Source: Natranaeroarchaeum sulfidigenes
GTDB lineage: Archaea; Halobacteriota; Halobacteria; Halobacteriales; Natronoarchaeaceae
Assembly: GCF_017094485.1 (NCBI RefSeq)
Contig: NZ_CP064786.1
Location: 2,514,788 to 2,546,787, forward strand
DNA: 32,000 bases
Direction of reading: 5' to 3'
Positions 26,068 through 32,000 of this stretch are shown piece after piece. Each line of letters begins with the position of its first letter. Positions within the stretch are counted from its first letter, which is position 1. Position numbers and translations under genes: made by a program. The notes beneath the pieces were generated by a model. That model did not search any database. It worked only from the letters and a program-made list of their open reading frames with translations, and was not told where the DNA came from.

Positions 26068-27516
26068 ATGCGGATCGGCCAGACCTCGATCGTCGTCTTC
26101 CTCTCGAAGCTCACAAGCTCCGCGCTCGGCTTTCTGGGAACGATCTACTTCGCGCGTGTGCTGGGCGCAGAGGTGCTCGGGTTGTACGCGCTGGTCATCG
26201 CCCTCGTCGGGTGGCTCAAACTCGGCGGTTCGATGGGCGTCGGCACTGCTGTGACCAAGCGCGTCAGCGAGGGCGACGAGCAGGGTGCGTACGTCGCCGC
26301 CGGGGTTCTCTCGACGCTGGCGATTGGCGGGCTCGTCTCGGTCCTGCTACTACTTGGTCGAGGGTATCTCGCTGACTATGTTGGGGAGTTCGACGCCTAC
26401 GTCGCCGTCTCCGTGGTCTGGTTCGTCCTCGCGTTACTGGCGATCAAACTGTTCTACAAGCTCGTGCTGGCGGTGCTCGAAGGTGAACGGAAAGTCCACC
26501 TCGCGGGGCTGCTCGCACCGGTCCGGATCGGCGTCGCGACGCTCGTCCAGATCGGACTTGTGATTGCGGGTTTTTCGCTCGCCGGACTGCTTGTTGGCTA
26601 CGGTGTCGGCGGCGTCCTGATCGGCGTGCTCGGCCTGTTGTACGTCTCGACATCGCTGGAACGTCCACGAAAACGACACTTCCGGAGCCTCTACGAGTAC
26701 GCGAAGTACGCCTGGCTTGGTGGGCTCAAATCGCGGTCGTTCAACGACGTCGACATACTGGTGCTCGGCGCGTTCGTCCCCACGGCGCTGGTCGGCGTCT
26801 ACGCCGTCGCCTGGTCGATCGCGAAGTTCCTCGACCTGTTCGGGACGGCGGTGAGCGACACGCTTTTTCCCGAGATCAGCCGTGCGACCGCGGACGGCGA
26901 GGACGCGACCGCAAGCCAGCTGGTCGAGGACAGTCTCGCCTACGGCGGCCTGATCGTCGTTCCGGGGCTGGTCGGCGGACTGCTGGTCGGCGATCGACTG
27001 CTCGCCATCTACGGCCCCGAGTTCGTGCAGGGGACAGCAGTGCTGGGGCTGTTGTTGGTCGCGACGCTACTGTACGGCTATCAAAAACAGCTACTGACCG
27101 CGCTGAATGCGGTCGACCGCCCCGACCTCGCCTTTCGGATCAATCTCGCGTTCATCACAGTCAATGCCGTCCTGAACGTCGTGCTGGTCTGGCAGATCGG
27201 GTGGAGGGGTGCGGCCATCGCCACGGCACTCTCCGCTGGAATCGGTCTCGTCCTTGCGTACGCCGCGCTTACTGACGTGCTCGCGTTCCGAACGCCGATC
27301 CGGGAGATTGGACGTCAGTGGGTGTCGGCCGGACTGATGGGCGGTGGCGTCTGGCTCGTTCTCGAACTCGTCGAGACGGCAGAGGTAGGGAACCTCGTTG
27401 CCGTTCCCGCCGTCGTCGCCTTCGGGGCGGGTCTGTATTTCACCACATTGCTGGGAATCTCCGGTCAGTTCCGGCGGACTGTCCAGCGTAACCTGCCGTT
27501 ACTGAGCAGTCGGTGA
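26068..27516 (+). CDS. Oligosaccharide flippase, Wzx/MOP superfamily
   Basis: 482 aa, about 12-14 TM. N-terminal SKLTSSALGFLGTIYFARVLGAEVLGLYALV pattern typical of polysaccharide-biosynthesis flippases. Confidence 0.85.
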   Translation: MRIGQTSIVVFLSKLTSSALGFLGTIYFARVLGAEVLGLYALVIALVGWLKLGGSMGVGTAVTKRVSEGDEQGAYVAAGVLSTLAIGGLVSVLLLLGRGYLADYVGEFDAYVAVSVVWFVLALLAIKLFYKLVLAVLEGERKVHLAGLLAPVRIGVATLVQIGLVIAGFSLAGLLVGYGVGGVLIGVLGLLYVSTSLERPRKRHFRSLYEYAKYAWLGGLKSRSFNDVDILVLGAFVPTALVGVYAVAWSIAKFLDLFGTAVSDTLFPEISRATADGEDATASQLVEDSLAYGGLIVVPGLVGGLLVGDRLLAIYGPEFVQGTAVLGLLLVATLLYGYQKQLLTALNAVDRPDLAFRINLAFITVNAVLNVVLVWQIGWRGAAIATALSAGIGLVLAYAALTDVLAFRTPIREIGRQWVSAGLMGGGVWLVLELVETAEVGNLVAVPAVVAFGAGLYFTTLLGISGQFRRTVQRNLPLLSSR

Positions 27517-27552
27517 ACGCGGATAGAGGCAGCCGCCCGGCGCTCGTGATGT

Positions 27553-27598
27553 CGTACTGATTGGTCTTCGATGGGGAGTGTACTGTTCGCTGATTGGT
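27553..27598 (+). repeat. Direct repeat CTGATTGGTC x2 (33-bp register), each preceded by GTACTG
   Basis: CTGATTGGTC at 27556-27565 and 27589-27598. GTACTG at 27553-27558 and 27579-27584. Located in the AT-rich spacer upstream of the HExxH gene. Confidence 0.5.
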
Positions 27599-27669
27599 CG
27601 AAATGCCGAGGAAGAGCGCCAGAAACAACAGATTAAAGCGATCTTACCATAGCTACTGGTACAGGTAGT

Positions 27670-28119
27670 ATGGATCCATTTACCATCGCCGGAGTGTCCG
27701 GTGTACTCCTGCTAACGCTCTGTCTGGGGACTGTCGTGCACGAGTACACACACGCGCTTGCCCTGCGGGCGTTCGGAATCGAGTATCGGATCGACTGGCT
27801 CGGTGGGCGCAAGGGGATCGGCCGACTCAGAGCGGGGGTCCTCGGCACATGGGCGTCGGTAACGCCGCAGCTCTCCGATGGAACATCAGTGGCCGGACTC
27901 CGTGTTGCTGCCCTGATGCCGCTCACACTGACGATCCCGTTCGTACTGGTCGCCGTTGGCATCGTTTCGGATCCGCTCGCGACCGGGAGTCCGTACGTGA
28001 TCGCCGCCGCCGTCGCGTGGCTCGCCTGTGCACTACCAAGCCCCCAGGACTTCTCGACGGTCTGGTACGCTCATCGGCTCGTCGACGAGGAGACATCGGC
28101 GAAAAGAGATTCGTGCTGA
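27670..28119 (+). CDS. Small membrane protein with an HExxH motif (zincin-like, possibly DUF3267-like)
   Basis: 149 aa, 3 predicted TM helices. HEYTH lies immediately after TM1 (nt 27739-27753). Family assignment is tentative. Confidence 0.6.
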   Translation: MDPFTIAGVSGVLLLTLCLGTVVHEYTHALALRAFGIEYRIDWLGGRKGIGRLRAGVLGTWASVTPQLSDGTSVAGLRVAALMPLTLTIPFVLVAVGIVSDPLATGSPYVIAAAVAWLACALPSPQDFSTVWYAHRLVDEETSAKRDSC

Positions 28120-28183
28120 GAGAATATATCAACTCGTGGACCGATACAAAAAATAATGGGTGTTCGGTACAAATCCTGCGTAT

Positions 28184-28741
28184 ATGAGTAACCACGACGA
28201 CAGGAGTTGGGGGCAGTTCGTCGAGGAGATCCCCGACGACACCGTCGTCGAACGGTTCGAGGGAGCGGAGCCGAAGACGGCGACGGAAATTGCCGATATC
28301 CTGTCCTGCACCGAGTATGAGGCCCGGAGCAAACTCGACGCGCTGTGTCGCACCGGTCAGCTGGACCGCAAAAAGGTACGCGAAGAGCCGCCGCTGACTG
28401 TCTGGTACCAGCCTCGCGCAACGTTTGTCGGAGAGGATAACGGAACGGGTCGGCCGGTTGACGAACACGTCTCCGCACTGCTTGACGATATGGACGTCCC
28501 CGGAATCAGCGGGATGATGCGGGACTGGCGGCGCGATGCGATTCGCGCCACGTTCGACCGGCTCCGAGACACTCGCGAAATCGAGGAAGCCGAACTGATC
28601 GAACAGGTGTATCCGGCGCACTCTGCGGGGTACGACGAGGCAGAACAGTGGTGGGCAATGGTGTCAGAACGGCTTGGAGATCTGCCTGGCGTCGTCGAGC
28701 CTCGCTGGGGCGGCAAAACCTGGCGATACGACGGTCAGTAG
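28184..28741 (+). CDS. Winged-helix domain protein with a C-terminal domain of unknown function
   Basis: Start at MSNHDDRSW (ATG 28184; A/T-rich box AAAAAATAAT at 28147-28156, centred about 32 nt upstream). KTATEIADILSCTEYEARSKLDALCRTGQLDRKKV...LTVWY looks like HTH plus wing. The C-terminal 110 aa (W- and R-rich) are unassigned. Confidence 0.6.
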   Translation: MSNHDDRSWGQFVEEIPDDTVVERFEGAEPKTATEIADILSCTEYEARSKLDALCRTGQLDRKKVREEPPLTVWYQPRATFVGEDNGTGRPVDEHVSALLDDMDVPGISGMMRDWRRDAIRATFDRLRDTREIEEAELIEQVYPAHSAGYDEAEQWWAMVSERLGDLPGVVEPRWGGKTWRYDGQ

Positions 28742-29412
28742 ATCAGCTCGTCGTTGCTCTCGATCATATACAGGGTTCGCGCGGAGATGTTGACTGCGTG
28801 GTCGCCGACGCGTTCGAGATCTCGAATCGTCAAGAGGAGCCGTGACACGTCGTTCATCAGAGTCTCGATATCCTCACTTGATTTCTCGTCGAACTCCCGT
28901 TCGAGCAGGTCACGAACGACCGTCTGGCTTGCTTCTTCGCAGAGTGCGTCGATGTCGTCGTCGCGGCGCGAAATCTCACGACACGCGTCCGGGTCGTCGG
29001 TCGCATACGCGTCCATCGCGTCCTCGACCATCTCGTGGGTTAGATCGCCCAGTCCCTGCACGTCGACTTCGGGATAGAGGTCCTGTTCGGCGTTGCGGGA
29101 GTACTCGGCGAGGTTTGTAGCGAGATCACCAACCCGTTCCAGATCGGTGATGATCTTGAACGTCGAGGCGATAAATCGAAGATCACCGGCGACGGGCTGC
29201 TGGAGCGCCAGAATATCGATACAGTCCTGTTCGAGGTCGAGATACAACTGGTTGATTTCGTGGTCGCCCTGAATCACTTCCTCCGCTAGCCCCTCGTCTT
29301 TCTGTTCGAGGGCGTCGAAGCTCATCCGTAGCCGTTCGAGAACGAGTTCGCTCATGTAGAGAACGTCCTCACGGAGGGACTCCAGCTGTTGTTGGTAGTC
29401 CTGTCGTGCCAT
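28735..29412 (-). CDS. phoU: PhoU-domain phosphate-signalling regulator homologue
   Basis: Start at MARQDYQQQLESL (ATG 29412-29410; reverse-strand TATA CTTATA at 29437-29442). Two PhoU repeats (VIQGDHEINQLYLDLEQD and ISRRDDDIDALCEEASQ; ERVGD twice). No pst genes in the window. Confidence 0.88.
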   Translation of the reverse strand: MARQDYQQQLESLREDVLYMSELVLERLRMSFDALEQKDEGLAEEVIQGDHEINQLYLDLEQDCIDILALQQPVAGDLRFIASTFKIITDLERVGDLATNLAEYSRNAEQDLYPEVDVQGLGDLTHEMVEDAMDAYATDDPDACREISRRDDDIDALCEEASQTVVRDLLEREFDEKSSEDIETLMNDVSRLLLTIRDLERVGDHAVNISARTLYMIESNDELIY

Positions 29413-29436
29413 ACTCGGGCACAGACCGGCCGGACG

Positions 29437-29518
29437 TATAAGTGCTATCGGATCGGGGAAGCTTGCCACCGTGCCAGTGGCGACGGCCTGACGTTTCCAT
29501 GACCGACTCCTTTTATCT
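29437..29518. promoter_or_regulatory. Divergent promoter pair for phoU and the zinc-finger/PIMT operon
   Basis: TATAAG at 29437-29442 (reads CTTATA toward phoU, 27 nt from its ATG) and TTTTATCT at 29511-29518 (26 nt from ATG 29541). Confidence 0.45.
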
Positions 29519-29540
29519 GCTCGGACGGTAGATGGCCGGT

Positions 29541-30191
29541 ATGAGTGAGACAACGGAGCGGATCGGGACGCGCTGTCCGTCCTGTTCGCCAGATGCGGAG
29601 ACAGTCCACGAGGTTCTCAAACCGGGGGGACAGGCGACCGTTCGCTGTACGGAGTGCAGCCACGTCCACAAGGTTCGTATCGAAGAAGATCGGACGGTCG
29701 AGCGCGATGTCGTCGTCTCTCAGGAGGGTGACTCGTTCTCAGCGACGGCAGAACCGCCAGCTGACGAAACGCTTGCAACCGGCGAAGAGTTCGTCCTCGA
29801 TACGCCCGAGGCGATTATGACCGTCCGGATCACCAGCCTCGAACTCGACGGCGACAAACGCGTCGACGAAGCGAGCGCCGAGGAGGTCAGCACGATCTGG
29901 ACCCGTGCGGTCGGGAATGTCGGAGTCAACACGACAATTCACCCGAAAGACGGTCGTCGTGAGGAGACCAGAAGCGTCACCCTGCAGGTGCCGGGAGACT
30001 ACGAGTTCACCGTCGGCGCGACCGACGAACTCGCCGGTGAGGAGTTCACCATCGAGGGGATCGTCGTCCGGGACGACGCGACCGGCTACAAGTTCGACAA
30101 ACTGGATCACGACCGCGATACGGCGGTCGCAAAGGACGTCAAACGGCTATACGTTCGCGACGAGTCCTCGACTGCCTGGTCGGCCTGGTAG
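29541..30191 (+). CDS. HVO_0476-family zinc-ribbon protein
   Basis: CPSCSPD...x17...CTECSHVH zinc ribbon, then a beta-rich acidic domain ending ...SSTAWSAW. Matches my recollection of this haloarchaeal family. ATG 29541 is preferred over 29532 because TTTTATCT (29511-29518) lies 26 nt upstream. Confidence 0.75.
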   Translation: MSETTERIGTRCPSCSPDAETVHEVLKPGGQATVRCTECSHVHKVRIEEDRTVERDVVVSQEGDSFSATAEPPADETLATGEEFVLDTPEAIMTVRITSLELDGDKRVDEASAEEVSTIWTRAVGNVGVNTTIHPKDGRREETRSVTLQVPGDYEFTVGATDELAGEEFTIEGIVVRDDATGYKFDKLDHDRDTAVAKDVKRLYVRDESSTAWSAW

Positions 30192-30194
30192 CCG

Positions 30195-30833
30195 ATGTCC
30201 GGGGGCTCGTTTGCGGACCGGCGGGACCGGATGGTCGACCGTCTCGTAGAGAGCGGCCGAATCAGTGATAGGGCGACTATCGACGCGCTTCGTTCGGTCC
30301 CCCGCCACGAGTTCGTCCCCTCCCCCAAACGTGATGCCGCCTACGAGGACCGCCCGCTCCCGATCGGCGACGATCAGACGATTAGCGCCCCACACATGGT
30401 CGGGATGATGACCGAGTTGCTCGCTGCCGAAGCCGGGAATGCCGTCCTCGAAATCGGCACTGGCTGTGGCTATCATGCCGCGGTCACCGCTGAAATTGTC
30501 GGTCCAGAGAACTTGTACTCCGTAGAGTACAGCGAGCGCCTCGGCGAGCGTGCTGCGGACACGCTCTCCGACCTCGGGTACGGTGACGTCTCGATCCGCG
30601 TCGGCGATGGCTGGGATGGCTGGCCGGAACACGCCCCGTACGACCGTGCGTATCTGACCTGTGCGGCACCAGAACTCCCCGAACCAGTTGCCGAACAGGT
30701 CGCGGCTGGTGGCCGAATCCTCGCCCCGATCGGTCGACGACAGCAGCTGCTCGAACGGTTCGACAAGCGAGCGGATGGCAGTCTCGCCACGGAATCCCAC
30801 GGTGGGGTCCGGTTCGTACAGATGCGCGGCTGA
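30195..30833 (+). CDS. pcm: Protein-L-isoaspartate O-methyltransferase
   Basis: VPRHEFVP, QTISAPHMV, VLEIGTGCGY, GDGWDGWPEHAPYDR and VRFVQM. Starts 3 nt after the zinc-finger gene stop. Confidence 0.9.
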   Translation: MSGGSFADRRDRMVDRLVESGRISDRATIDALRSVPRHEFVPSPKRDAAYEDRPLPIGDDQTISAPHMVGMMTELLAAEAGNAVLEIGTGCGYHAAVTAEIVGPENLYSVEYSERLGERAADTLSDLGYGDVSIRVGDGWDGWPEHAPYDRAYLTCAAPELPEPVAEQVAAGGRILAPIGRRQQLLERFDKRADGSLATESHGGVRFVQMRG

Positions 30834-30899
30834 CTCGACACCGGACAACCCCGTCCGCCAGCCGCGCGATTGATTACCTTTCGGGACGAACCCGAAGAC

Positions 30900-31637
30900 A
30901 TGGAACCGGCGGTACTCCGAGACGACATGGTCGATAGCCTCGAACACGAGGCCAAGGCCGTCGTCCGGAGCGAACAGGTGGGGCTCGCGATGCGGGAAGT
31001 CCCGCGCCACGAGTTCGTCGACGCCGACCGGGCCGCCTACGCCGATATCTCCCATCAGGAGCACGGCACACGCGTCCTCTCGCCGAGCGAAGCGGCCAGA
31101 CTACTCGAACTGGTCGATGTCAGGCCGGAGCACTCGGTGCTGGTCGTCGGCGTCGGCGTCGGTTATACAGCCGCTGTTCTCGCTGAGATTGTCGACGCAC
31201 GGAACGTGCACGCGATCGATATCACCCGCTCACTGGTCTACGCTGCCCGCGAAAATCTCGCCGCTGCGGGTCACGATGAGGTGCTGGTCGACTGCCGTGA
31301 CGGTGCTGATGGCTTCCCGGAGTACGCGCCTTACGATCGGATTCTGCTGGAAGCCGCGGCGGTGCGACCGCCACCAGCCCTGCTGGATCAGCTCGCTCCC
31401 GAGGGGAAACTCGTCTTGCCGCAGGGTAACGGTACCCAGCGGCTCACCGTCGTCGAGAGCGGTGGTGACGTCGAAGAACACGGTACGGTGGCGTTTGCGC
31501 CGCTGCTCGTCGAGGGCGAACAGGCCGACGCCATCGAGCGCAACCGCACCGCCCGCGAGGACCGCGAGCACGCAAAGCGCGCCGCTCAGTCGCGTCACGG
31601 CTGGGAGCGTGACTGGATCGACTGGGACGGCGTCTAG
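30900..31637 (+). CDS. Divergent PIMT-family methyltransferase paralogue with a C-terminal extension
   Basis: Keeps VPRHEFV, VLVVGVGVGYTAAV (SAM motif I) and DGADGFPEYAPYDR. Replaces QTISAPHM with TRVLSPSEA. Adds about 45 charged, Trp-rich residues (...HGWERDWIDWDGV). The track start is TTG 30870. ATG 30900 is preferred. Confidence 0.75.
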   Translation: MEPAVLRDDMVDSLEHEAKAVVRSEQVGLAMREVPRHEFVDADRAAYADISHQEHGTRVLSPSEAARLLELVDVRPEHSVLVVGVGVGYTAAVLAEIVDARNVHAIDITRSLVYAARENLAAAGHDEVLVDCRDGADGFPEYAPYDRILLEAAAVRPPPALLDQLAPEGKLVLPQGNGTQRLTVVESGGDVEEHGTVAFAPLLVEGEQADAIERNRTAREDREHAKRAAQSRHGWERDWIDWDGV

Positions 31638-31999
31638 TCGTCGATCACCAGTAGTTCCGTATTCTCGCGTTGGTCCTCGTACTCGGTTCCTGCTGGTGGG
31701 TTGATGTCGATATCCAGCGTCCCTTTGTCCTGATTGTCCCTGAGTTCGGGCCGGATCTCTACTGTCGCCTCGCCGTCAGCGTCCGACTCCTCGTTTACAA
31801 CCCCATCGATGCTCGCGGTCCCGCTGGAGACGATCACTGTCGCGCCCTCGACCGGGTCGCCCTGATCGTCGATCACCGTCAGGTCGACCGAGTTGTGCCC
31901 CGTCCCGATCACCTCCTCGTCGGGCTCGACGTCGAGTTCGGTCGTTCCGAGCGTCCCGACGCCCGAGAGCATAGACATCATGATTGACAGACTCGCCAC
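31634..31999 (-). CDS. Secreted or surface protein fragment with a carboxypeptidase-regulatory-like (Ig-like beta-sandwich) segment; N-terminus may lie beyond the right edge
   Basis: The frame is open to the window end. A hydrophobic N-terminal stretch (LSIMMSMLSGVGTLG) is followed by DLTVIDDQGDPVEGATVIVSSGTASIDGVVNEESDADGEATVEI. Extremely acidic. Confidence 0.5.
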   Translation of the reverse strand: MASLSIMMSMLSGVGTLGTTELDVEPDEEVIGTGHNSVDLTVIDDQGDPVEGATVIVSSGTASIDGVVNEESDADGEATVEIRPELRDNQDKGTLDIDINPPAGTEYEDQRENTELLVIDD

Positions 32000-32000
32000 A

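Noticed and set aside
29465-29481. GCCACcgtgccaGTGGC / CCAGTGG string reminiscent of haloarchaeal ORB origin-recognition boxes
   Set aside because: It is only a 5-bp inverted repeat with partial similarity. There are no repeated ORB copies, no extended AT-rich unwinding element and no orc1/cdc6 gene in the window.
1-32000. Search for tRNA, rRNA, CRISPR arrays, IS elements, integrases, inteins and known defence genes
   Set aside because: No intergenic region has tRNA-like cloverleaf potential or length. There are no regularly spaced repeats. No transposase or integrase-like translation appears in any frame of the track. The large genes (metS, folCP, acnA) have normal lengths without intein-like insertions. 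No nuclease, ATPase or other defence-type domain was recognised.

Overview
Visibly GC-rich segment with a strongly acidic predicted proteome. The gene content points to a haloarchaeal (class Halobacteria) chromosome: GGGP synthase, a fused FolC-FolP, an HVO_0476-type zinc finger, DUF5809/5810, DUF7344 and DUF4013. Family names come from my own recognition of the translations, not from a search. I call 37 protein-coding genes, two of them cut by the window edges. I found no rRNA, tRNA, CRISPR array, transposase or integrase. Most of the window is housekeeping: tyrA, GGGPS, aspS, mfnA, metS, folCP, aconitase, rimI-type NAT, ychF, phoU and pcm. Two patches look accessory. The first is an AT-rich islet at about 8.3-9.3 kb, holding a DUF7344 winged-helix gene and a 60-aa acidic micro-ORF. 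The second spans about 21.8-28.7 kb. It holds a compact surface-glycan module: DUF2062, GT2, GT4, an oppositely oriented APH-fold kinase and a Wzx flippase. A small membrane HExxH protein and a winged-helix protein of unknown function follow it. Many genes have an AT-rich TATA-like octamer centred 25-31 nt upstream of the start codon, consistent with leaderless haloarchaeal mRNAs, and I used this to refine several starts. The long reverse-strand or alternate-frame ORFs in the track (466 aa, 672 aa, 433 aa, 392 aa and others) are GC-driven shadow ORFs. Nothing here is a demonstrably new system. The best candidates for follow-up are: (1) the HExxH membrane protein plus wHTH pair beside the glycan cluster; (2) the kinase with a lysine-free N-lobe inside that cluster; (3) the coiled-coil VLRF1/Vms1-like release-factor homologue next to metS; (4) the zinc-finger, PIMT and divergent-PIMT operon. 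All functional links are inference and need homology, structure and synteny searches that I cannot run.
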